In this document: positions 56,914-64,000 of the stretch, piece by piece
Numbering within the stretch: the first letter of the stretch is position 1
Layout of the letters: every line of letters starts with the position of its first letter
DNA from: an uncultured delta proteobacterium
Lineage (GTDB): Bacteria; Desulfobacterota; Desulfarculia; JACQYL01; CAWGVV01
Reading direction: 5' to 3'
Length of the DNA stretch: 64,000 bases
NCBI GenBank assembly: GCA_963826125.1
Contig: CAWGVV010000002.1
Location: forward strand, 356,613 to 420,612
The notes under the pieces: model-generated
What the model was told of the DNA's origin: nothing
Seen by the model: only the letters and a program-made list of their open reading frames with translations
Databases searched by the model: none
Translations under genes and position numbers: made by a program

Positions 56914-57888
56914 ATGAGGGAAATCAGCTACGTGGACGCCTTGAACGAGGCTTTGCGAGAGGAACTGCAACGGGACGAGATGGTATTCATTGCCGGAGAG
57001 GACGTGGGTCTCTACGGGGGAAACCTCGGTGTCACCAAAGGGCTCCTTAAGGAATTCGGTGAAAAAAGGGTGAAGGACACTCCCATATCGGAAGCAGCCA
57101 TCGCCGGTTTGTCCATAGGGGCGGCCGCCACGGGGCTTCGGCCATGCGTGGAGATCATGTATGTCGATTTCGTGGGTTGCTGCATGGAGCAGATTCTGAA
57201 CCAGATGTCCAAGCTCCGTTACATGTTCGGCGGCAAGATCAAACTCCCCCTGGTGGTCAGGACCCAGGGCGGGGCGGGTTTCAGTGCGGCGGCGCACCAT
57301 TCGCAGAGCCTGGAAGCCTTTTTCACACACATTCCGGGGCTCAAAGTGGTGATGCCCGCCACTCCGTATGATGCCAAAGGGCTGCTCAAGAGTTCCGTCC
57401 GCGACGATAATCCGGTCATCTTTATCGAGCACAAATTCCTCACCGACTTCAAAGGGCCGGTACCGGAGGAGGAATACGTGCTTCCGCTGGGCAAAGCGGA
57501 AGTAAAGCGGGCGGGAAGCGACGTTACTCTCGTGACATGGTCCTACATGGTGCATGTGGCGCTGAAGGCCGCCGAACGTCTGGCGGAAGAGGGGATCGAC
57601 GTTGAGGTCATCGACGTTCGCACCCTCAAGCCTCTGGATGAGGCGACGATCCTCGGCTCGGTGGAGAAGACCAACCGGGTGGTGATCCTTCACGAAGCGG
57701 TACTCACCTCGGGGTTCGGCGGGGAGGTCGCCGCCATCATTGCCGAAAAGGCATTCGATTCGCTCGATGCTCCCATAAAGCGGATCACCGCGCCGGATAC
57801 GCCCGTGCCGTTCAGTCCGGTACTGGAAAAGTTTTTCATGCCGGACGAAGAAAAGGTCGTGCGGGAAGTAAAACTACTGATGAAGTAG
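56914..57888 (+). CDS. acoB: Acetoin/2-oxoacid dehydrogenase E1 beta subunit
   Basis: The transketolase-like pyrimidine-binding and C-terminal domains are present. It lies immediately downstream of E1 alpha, preceded by a GAGAGG ribosome-binding site. Confidence 0.8.
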   Translation: MREISYVDALNEALREELQRDEMVFIAGEDVGLYGGNLGVTKGLLKEFGEKRVKDTPISEAAIAGLSIGAAATGLRPCVEIMYVDFVGCCMEQILNQMSKLRYMFGGKIKLPLVVRTQGGAGFSAAAHHSQSLEAFFTHIPGLKVVMPATPYDAKGLLKSSVRDDNPVIFIEHKFLTDFKGPVPEEEYVLPLGKAEVKRAGSDVTLVTWSYMVHVALKAAERLAEEGIDVEVIDVRTLKPLDEATILGSVEKTNRVVILHEAVLTSGFGGEVAAIIAEKAFDSLDAPIKRITAPDTPVPFSPVLEKFFMPDEEKVVREVKLLMK

Positions 57889-58248
57889 CATCTGACGTTG
57901 CCGTGTTAATCGCCGAAGTGACCGAGCAGCGGATGTCTGTTCATGCTGAACAATTTTCTTGACTGCTCATTAGTATAGACATATATAATGTGTATGTATA
58001 CAGTATTTGCCCGTGCAATGCAAAACAGCCCCACTAACTTCGACGAGAAACGCGGCGCGCGCGAATCGCCCGAAGCCGCAGAGAACTCGTGTCGCCACCC
58101 GTTTGCGTGTAAGCAGGCGGCGAACACCCCAATAGACCGATGAAGAATTGTCAGGAAGGGAAGGAGGTGAAGAGACGCTTTTCCGGTTCATCCACGTACT
58201 TGGCGTCAGTGCTTTTTACCGGAGGCATTTCGAAAGAGGAGAGATGAG

Positions 58249-59706
58249 ATGAAGAAACTGCTTGTGATTTCGTTTTGCGCCCTCCTGGTATTGGGAGTTT
58301 CAGCAAGCTTCTCCCTGGCCGCGGAGGGAAAGTTCAGTCTCAAGGATATTCCCGAAATCAAGAACAAGGCAGCAGTAAACACGCTCTGCGAAACCGGTCA
58401 GGTGTGGGACAAGATTATGCCCTACATCGATAAATTTACTGAAAAGACCGGGGTCAAAGTGAATGTCGAACGAGTCGCTTCTCCCGTCGTTTACTCCAAG
58501 GAAAACGTCGAACTCATGGGCGGTACCGGCCATTACGACGTTGTGTACGTGGAAACTTCCTGGACGACCGAATGGTCACCCTATCTGGACAAGATGAAAG
58601 ATCTTGCCAAAAAATGGGACCCCACCGGTATCGAAGGGTACACGAAGGAACTCAAATATCAGGCCCCCTCTATTCTGATCTGCGGCCAGGCTTACGGTGA
58701 GCAGATGGTTCTTCCCTTTTACACCTATCACATGGGAATGTTCGTCCGCCAGGACGTCTTTGACGATCCCACCGAAAAGGCTGCCTTCAAGGCCAAATAT
58801 GGGTATGAACTGAAGCCGGCGACATCGGACAAGGAACTGAATGCCCAGGGCGAATTTTTCACCCGGAAAAAAGGCGACAAGCTGAAGGGCAAGCCCCTGG
58901 ATCACGACATTTTCGGTTTGGCGATGATGGCGGGCGCCTATCAGGACAACGATGAAATGACGTGCCGTCTATGGGGAAAAGGCGCGGATTACGTGAGCGT
59001 AATTCGGGACAAAGACGGCAAGGTCAAGGAATTCATCATCACCAAAAAAGACAAGGATGTTCTGAAGCAGACCCTCACCGAATACAAACACGAACTCAAG
59101 TGGTGCTCCCCTGGCTGCCTCACCGCGAACTTCGACTTTGTCGTGGCTCAGCAGGGCGAGGGAAACGCCATAATTCAGCCCACTCAATTCTCCAACTGTT
59201 TCGCTTGGACAGCAGGCATCGTCAAGGATAAAGTTCCGGGCGGAAAGCTCGGCATCTACCCGACCGTGGGAAATCAACCCTACACCGGCGCCTGGTCGGT
59301 GGGGGTGTCCAAGGCCAGCAAGAATCCCGAAGCAAGCTACTGGCTGGTACGCTACCTGAGTTCCTTCGATTGCCAGATGGCGGTAATGAAGGAAGGCGGT
59401 CAGCTCAGCACGAGGATGGACGTTCTGCAAGACCCCAGTTGGCATACGCCGGAGAATCAGTATCCTTTCGGCATCCTGTGCGATTATCTTCTGGATATCT
59501 GGCCCAAACAGGCGAAGTACGTCCCCAACTACTGGTACTTCAACACCTCGGCCGGCGGAAAGGTGTATGAGGTGCAGATGCCCATCCTGCAGAAGGCGAT
59601 TTCCGGCGAGTCTTCCGTCGACGCGGTAGTGGCGGACCTGACTGCCAAAACCATTTCACTCACGAAAAAATTCGACAAGAAAGTGCCCATCAAGGAAGAG
59701 AAATAG
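58249..59706 (+). CDS. ABC transporter substrate-binding protein, family 1 (carbohydrate type)
   Basis: A signal peptide (MKKLLVISFCALLVLGVSASFSLA) and a 485-aa SBP fold. It is the first gene of an SBP-permease-permease-ATPase-ATPase operon. Confidence 0.8.
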   Translation: MKKLLVISFCALLVLGVSASFSLAAEGKFSLKDIPEIKNKAAVNTLCETGQVWDKIMPYIDKFTEKTGVKVNVERVASPVVYSKENVELMGGTGHYDVVYVETSWTTEWSPYLDKMKDLAKKWDPTGIEGYTKELKYQAPSILICGQAYGEQMVLPFYTYHMGMFVRQDVFDDPTEKAAFKAKYGYELKPATSDKELNAQGEFFTRKKGDKLKGKPLDHDIFGLAMMAGAYQDNDEMTCRLWGKGADYVSVIRDKDGKVKEFIITKKDKDVLKQTLTEYKHELKWCSPGCLTANFDFVVAQQGEGNAIIQPTQFSNCFAWTAGIVKDKVPGGKLGIYPTVGNQPYTGAWSVGVSKASKNPEASYWLVRYLSSFDCQMAVMKEGGQLSTRMDVLQDPSWHTPENQYPFGILCDYLLDIWPKQAKYVPNYWYFNTSAGGKVYEVQMPILQKAISGESSVDAVVADLTAKTISLTKKFDKKVPIKEEK

Positions 59707-59716
59707 CTGAGCCCTT

Positions 59717-59753
59717 GCCGTGCTGCCCGGGGGTGTTCCCCCCGGGGCACGGC
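59717..59753 (+). other. GC-rich stem-loop immediately after the SBP stop (intra-operon attenuator/mRNA-stabilising hairpin)
   Basis: Stems gccgtgc/gcacggc and cccggggg/cccccggg with a tgtt loop. No T-run follows. Confidence 0.5.
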
Positions 59754-59912
59754 ATACCGCAACCGCCGGATGATGTCTCTGAAGGCGATGAAGATAAAAA
59801 GCATACCGGGGGAAGACGGCCTCCGGGCGAGTGAACATGTCGAAGCCCACTACCGCCGGACAAAGAACATTTCAGGTCCGAAGGGAATGAATCACAGGAA
59901 CATAAGGTTTGG

Positions 59913-60863
59913 ATGACTATGGCATCTGAGACTGCTTACCAAGGTACGATGGGGACTCCGTTTTCTGCTTCAGGCAGGAAGCCGACAATATGGGAAACAT
60001 TGACCAGCGAGAAGTACTTCCGATGGACACTTCTCATCCCTCTCTTGGTCGTATTGATCATTTTCATGCTCTACCCGTTGTTTTACTGCCTGTATTACTC
60101 TTTTCAAGAATGGGGCATGCAGGGAAACGCTCTTTTCGTCGGACTCGAAAATTACCGGGTCATGCTGAACGACCACGACTTCCTGACCGCCTTCGGCCGC
60201 ACCCTGGAGGTCCTGGTGATCTGTATCGTGGTCGAATTGATCGTCGGTCTGGGTTTGGCTCTTCTGTGGAACAGAGACTTTAAGGGTCAGAATATCGTTC
60301 GGGGGCTTTGCCTGTTGCCGTTGCTGATAGCCCCCCTGGTCCTTTCCCTCCTCTGGAATTTTCTGCTCGAGTACGATTTTGGGGCTCTTAACCAGATACT
60401 GGTGGCTGTCGGCTTGGGTAAGATCTACTGGTGGTCTCCCGGTATCGCCCTCTATACCATCTGTCTGATCACCATCTGGCAGTGGTTCCCGTTCTCCGTA
60501 TTTGTTCTGCTTGCCGGGTTGAAGAGTCTGCCGCGCGACGTCTTCGAAGCAGCCAAGGTGGATGGGGCTTCCGGTTGGTACACCTTCCGCAGGTTGACGC
60601 TGCCCATGTTGAGTCCGCTTATCCTCATTATCGTAGTGTTGAGGTCCATGTGGCTCATCCGGTTGTTCGATCCCCTCTATGGTACCACCCGCGGTGGAGT
60701 GAACACCGAACTTCTGGACTGGAACGTTTACCGAACGGCTTTTGTCTTCTTCGACATCGGCTACGGGTCAACGCTGGCCATATTTTCTCTTTTCATCACC
60801 ATTGCGATCTGCGCCGTAATGTATCGGCAGTTGATGAAATCGTTGGGTGTGATCAAAAAGTGA
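59913..60863 (+). CDS. ABC transporter permease (MalF/UgpA-like)
   Basis: Six TM segments and the EAA-like loop (...AAKVDGASGWYTFRRLTLPML). Confidence 0.8.
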   Translation: MTMASETAYQGTMGTPFSASGRKPTIWETLTSEKYFRWTLLIPLLVVLIIFMLYPLFYCLYYSFQEWGMQGNALFVGLENYRVMLNDHDFLTAFGRTLEVLVICIVVELIVGLGLALLWNRDFKGQNIVRGLCLLPLLIAPLVLSLLWNFLLEYDFGALNQILVAVGLGKIYWWSPGIALYTICLITIWQWFPFSVFVLLAGLKSLPRDVFEAAKVDGASGWYTFRRLTLPMLSPLILIIVVLRSMWLIRLFDPLYGTTRGGVNTELLDWNVYRTAFVFFDIGYGSTLAIFSLFITIAICAVMYRQLMKSLGVIKK

Positions 60864-60927
60864 ATCTTGTACCGGCGGGGCAATCACTCGGTACTTTGAG
60901 ACAACATTTTCGCGGAGATGATGTCAA

Positions 60928-61743
60928 ATGATCAAGAAGCTGCTTTTCTGGCTGACGACGTTAGCCGTCATGATCACGGTAGTCGGTCCTCTGATGTGGG
61001 TCTATTTAACCGCCTTCAAGGGCCCCAAGGAAATATTCACCACGAATCTGCAAAGTCTGATCATTTTTTCTCCGACTCTGGAGAATTTCACCCGTCTGTT
61101 CAATGACTTCCCCTTCTGGTCGGATCTGGCCAACACCGCCATCGTCAGCGTTGTGAGCACCCTGTTTGTCGTGCTGATTTCCCTGCCGGCGGCATACAGT
61201 TTCGCTCGCTGGAACACCGGCGGCGGGCAGTTGCTGTTCACCACCATCTCGACCAGAATGTTTCCGGGAGTGGTGGCGGCCGTTCCCTTTTTCATTATCT
61301 TCCGGAAAATCGGCCTGCTCGATACTCACTTCGGCCTGATTGTTCTATACGTGTACTTCAATACGTCATTCGCCACCTTCCTGCTCTACGGCTTCTTCCG
61401 GGAAGTTCCCGTGGAGCTTGAACAGGCGGCCATGATCGACGGCTACGGGCGGATGGAGATTTTCCGCAAGGTGATCTTTCCGTTGATCCTGCCCGGTGTC
61501 GTTGTCACGGCGGTTTTCTGTCTCATCTGGTCCTGGAACGAATTCTTTTACGCCTTCCTCTTTACGAGAATGAACGCGAGGACGGTGAACGTTATGATTT
61601 CCTCCTTTTGGGGGTCCATCGAAGTACAGTATGGCCCCATGGCGGCCGGCGCGGGCATCGCCATCCTGCCGATCCTGGTTACCGCCTGGTTCATGCAGCG
61701 ATACATCATTCGGGGCCTGACGTTCGGGGCGGTCAAAGGATAG
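60928..61743 (+). CDS. ABC transporter permease (MalG/UgpE-like)
   Basis: It has the EAA motif region (EQAAMIDGYGRMEIFRKVIFPL) and six TM segments. Confidence 0.85.
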   Translation: MIKKLLFWLTTLAVMITVVGPLMWVYLTAFKGPKEIFTTNLQSLIIFSPTLENFTRLFNDFPFWSDLANTAIVSVVSTLFVVLISLPAAYSFARWNTGGGQLLFTTISTRMFPGVVAAVPFFIIFRKIGLLDTHFGLIVLYVYFNTSFATFLLYGFFREVPVELEQAAMIDGYGRMEIFRKVIFPLILPGVVVTAVFCLIWSWNEFFYAFLFTRMNARTVNVMISSFWGSIEVQYGPMAAGAGIAILPILVTAWFMQRYIIRGLTFGAVKG

Positions 61744-61780
61744 AGAAACCGGAGCGGCCGCGGTCGGCGAATGCCGAGGC

Positions 61781-62020
61781 TTGAGGCCCACACTAACGGA
61801 ATCGCAAACCAAAAGGTTGATCGATATGTTGCCGCGAATGAACAGGGGAGATTGGATTTTCTGGGCGATTATGACCTGGATCGGCGTTAACCTGCTTTGG
61901 CTCAAGTTTATTGAACAAGCCGTGCCCCAGTGGGTGGGGGCAATTCTCGCCACAATCGCTGCCGTGGCATTGTTCAAGTACGGCCCTCGACCTGTAGAAG
62001 AGGAAGCGGAGGAAGATTAA
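61781..62020 (+). CDS. Small putative membrane protein within the ABC operon
   Basis: A 79-aa ORF (or 64 aa from MLPRMNRGDW) with two hydrophobic helices and an acidic tail EEEAEED. It has no homology anchor I recognise. Confidence 0.35.
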   Translation: MRPTLTESQTKRLIDMLPRMNRGDWIFWAIMTWIGVNLLWLKFIEQAVPQWVGAILATIAAVALFKYGPRPVEEEAEED

Positions 62021-62023
62021 ATC

Positions 62024-63163
62024 ATGGCTAGCGTCAGGCTGGAGAATGTGACCAAGCTCTACGGGCAGAAAAAGGCCATCCGGGACGTAACCATAGAGTG
62101 CAGGGAAGGACAGTTCTACTCGATCGTAGGTCCCACGGGAGCGGGCAAGAGCACTATCCTCAAGATGGTGGCCGGGATCGAACCCGTCACTTCCGGAAAG
62201 ATTTACTTTAACGATACGGTGGTGAACGATCTTTCCCCGCAGGCCCGAAATGTCTCCATGGCTTTTGAAACCTACAATCTTTATCCCAACATGACGGTGT
62301 ACGAAAACGTCGCGTTCCCCTTGAGGGCGTCTCGATGGGGACTGAAACTTTCAAAGCAGGAAGAACAGCGAAGAGTGGAAGAAATCGCCACCTTTCTGGG
62401 CATAGAGGAGCTGTTGGAAAGGCTGCCGCAGCACCTGAGCGGCGGGCAGAAACAGCGCGTGTCCCTGGCCCGGGCGCTGGTGAGGAAACCCGAGGTGTAC
62501 CTGCTCGACGAACCGATCGCCCACCTCGACGCCCGTCTCAAATTCTCCACGCAGACACTGATGAAGGAATTTGCGACCAAGTACCGGAGCACCATCATCT
62601 ATGTGACTCACGACTACCGGGAGGCTCTCGGATTGTCAGATCGCATGGCGGTGCTGCGCAGGGGCGCCATCGAGCAGGACGGAACGCCCGAAGAAATCTA
62701 CTACCAACCTGCGACCGATTTTGTCGGCGGACTCATCGGCGAACCCGGAATGAACCTCGTGGACGGTGAAATCGTCACCCGCGAGGGGAAGACCTTCTTT
62801 CAAACCGGTTCCGACTTCGCTCTCCCGCTTCGGAACAATCTGGTGGGTTCTGCAAAGAAAACCGCTCGTCAGGAGAACGGCAAGGCTATGATTCGGTTGG
62901 GAATCCGCTGCGAGCACGTCCGGGTGAGCCGCGAGAAAAAAACCGAGGATTCGTTTCAGTTGCCGGTGTACGCCATTGCCCACGAAGCGGACAGCAGTAT
63001 CGTTACGTTCGACCTGAAAAAGACATTTCTCTATGTGCGAACAAGGGAGGAAAAAGGCTTCTGCGATTACTGCCTGTCGGAGATGCTTTGGATCGACTTC
63101 GACCAGGAGAACGTCTTCTTCTTCGAAAAGACGACCGAACTCATGAAGGCGAAGGAGTCCTGA
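62024..63163 (+). CDS. ABC transporter ATP-binding protein (MalK/UgpC-like) with C-terminal TOBE-like domain
   Basis: Walker A (GPTGAGKST), Q-loop, signature (LSGGQKQRVSLARAL), Walker B (LLDEP) and H-loop are present. The ~130-aa C-terminal regulatory domain is MalK-like. Confidence 0.9.
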   Translation: MASVRLENVTKLYGQKKAIRDVTIECREGQFYSIVGPTGAGKSTILKMVAGIEPVTSGKIYFNDTVVNDLSPQARNVSMAFETYNLYPNMTVYENVAFPLRASRWGLKLSKQEEQRRVEEIATFLGIEELLERLPQHLSGGQKQRVSLARALVRKPEVYLLDEPIAHLDARLKFSTQTLMKEFATKYRSTIIYVTHDYREALGLSDRMAVLRRGAIEQDGTPEEIYYQPATDFVGGLIGEPGMNLVDGEIVTREGKTFFQTGSDFALPLRNNLVGSAKKTARQENGKAMIRLGIRCEHVRVSREKKTEDSFQLPVYAIAHEADSSIVTFDLKKTFLYVRTREEKGFCDYCLSEMLWIDFDQENVFFFEKTTELMKAKES

Positions 63164-63165
63164 CG

Positions 63166-64000
63166 GTGAGTAGAGTAGACTTCAAAAACGTGTGGAAAAT
63201 CTACCCCCGGGGGAACGTTGTCGGCGTAAAGGACTTGACTTTTACCTGTAATCATCAGGAGTTTCTGGCGATTCTCGGACCGTCCGGAGGCGGAAAGAGT
63301 TCCACGCTGCGCATGTTGGCCGGGCTGGAGGATATCAGTCGGGGGGAAGTACTGTTCGACGATAAAGAAGTAAACCATCTCGGACCCGCCGAACGGAACA
63401 TCGCCCTCGCCTTTGAGTCGTACGCCCTTTACCAGCGGTTGACCGTATATGAGAATATTGCCTTCCCCTTGAAGGCACGCAAAGTGAACGGCGACGAAAT
63501 CCGCAAGAAGGTCACTTCCATCGCCGAACTGATGGACGTCACCTCCCTCCTGGACAAATATCCCTCCTCCCTGGCCGGGGGGCACCAGCAGCGGGTTTCA
63601 CTGGCTCGAGCGTTCATCAGGCAACCTAACGTCACCTTGCTGGACGAACCTATCTCGCACATGGACCAACGGGTGCGCGCGGAATTGCGTGCGCGGATCA
63701 GGAGACTCCATAACGAACTCGGTAACACAACGGTATACGTCACCCACGATCAGGCGGAAGCCATTTCCCTCTGCGACCGACTGATGATCATAAACAAAGC
63801 GGAACGGCAACAGGTCGGTACGATAGACGAGATATACAACCATCCCGCCAATCGTTTCGTAGCCCTGTTTGTCGGCGAACCGGCCATGAACTTTATTCCG
63901 GGGAAAATCGAAACCGAACGGAGCGTAGCTATCCCCACCGTGGAAGGGAAGAAGGTTTTCGAATTTCACGGCGACCTGAATCCTCAGTATGAGGGGAAGG
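63166..64000 (+). CDS. Second ABC transporter ATP-binding protein (MalK-like), 3' end truncated by window edge
   Basis: This ORF is not in the track because it has a GTG start and no stop. From the GTG at 63166 the translation reads VSRVDFKNVWKIYPRGNVVGVKDLTFTCNHQEFLAILGPSGGGKSSTLRMLAGLE...LAGGHQQRVSLARAF...LLDEPISHMD...VYVTHDQAEA, giving Walker A, signature, Walker B and H-loop. Confidence 0.8.
   Translation, partial: MSRVDFKNVWKIYPRGNVVGVKDLTFTCNHQEFLAILGPSGGGKSSTLRMLAGLEDISRGEVLFDDKEVNHLGPAERNIALAFESYALYQRLTVYENIAFPLKARKVNGDEIRKKVTSIAELMDVTSLLDKYPSSLAGGHQQRVSLARAFIRQPNVTLLDEPISHMDQRVRAELRARIRRLHNELGNTTVYVTHDQAEAISLCDRLMIINKAERQQVGTIDEIYNHPANRFVALFVGEPAMNFIPGKIETERSVAIPTVEGKKVFEFHGDLNPQYEGK

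Noticed and set aside
1-64000. tRNA/tmRNA genes, CRISPR arrays, integrases or transposases that could explain the islets
   Set aside because: I scanned for T-loop-like GGTTCGA(A/T)TCC motifs, regularly spaced direct repeats and recombinase-like ORFs, and found none. The islets therefore lack an identifiable mobility gene in this window.

Overview
High-GC chromosomal segment (possibly from a Deltaproteobacteria/Desulfobacterota-like anaerobe; this is inference only), densely packed with mostly minus-strand housekeeping operons. These are: a Dpp/Opp-type peptide ABC transporter; an amidohydrolase; a crotonase; comM; a vapBC toxin-antitoxin pair; the conserved cinA-thpR-recA-alaS block; pgpA-larC; several two-component and second-messenger proteins (HDOD histidine kinase, CheY-TPR, GAF kinase, EAL-HDOD, REC-PBP-CheW fusion); a glutaconate-type CoA-transferase A/B pair; a ClC/CBS channel; a GldA/F/G-like ABC-2 cluster with DUF4340; queH and an hldE-like gene; serC; a GH13 enzyme; an ACT/UPF0210 pair; an acetoin/butanediol cluster (LacI regulator, acoA, acoB, E2, BDH, two SDRs); and a carbohydrate ABC transporter with two MalK-like ATPases. 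Four compositionally distinct AT-rich stretches stand out by eye against this background. First, a ~3 kb islet (about 8.3-11.2 kb) carrying two overlapping genes for proteins of unknown function, inserted where the vapC toxin gene is frameshifted and truncated. I could assign no domain to either protein, and this is the best candidate for an undescribed system, possibly phage defence. Second, a ~1.1 kb single-gene islet (32.26-33.40 kb) encoding a protein with an unknown N-terminal domain and a C-terminal TIR domain. Third, a 1.25 kb gene-poor region (35.86-37.11 kb) with three copies of a 17-bp palindrome. Fourth, a lower-GC segment (47.9-50.3 kb) with a class II Fic protein and a secreted His/Asn/Gln-rich tandem-repeat protein. 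No rRNA, tRNA, CRISPR array or transposase was detected by eye.
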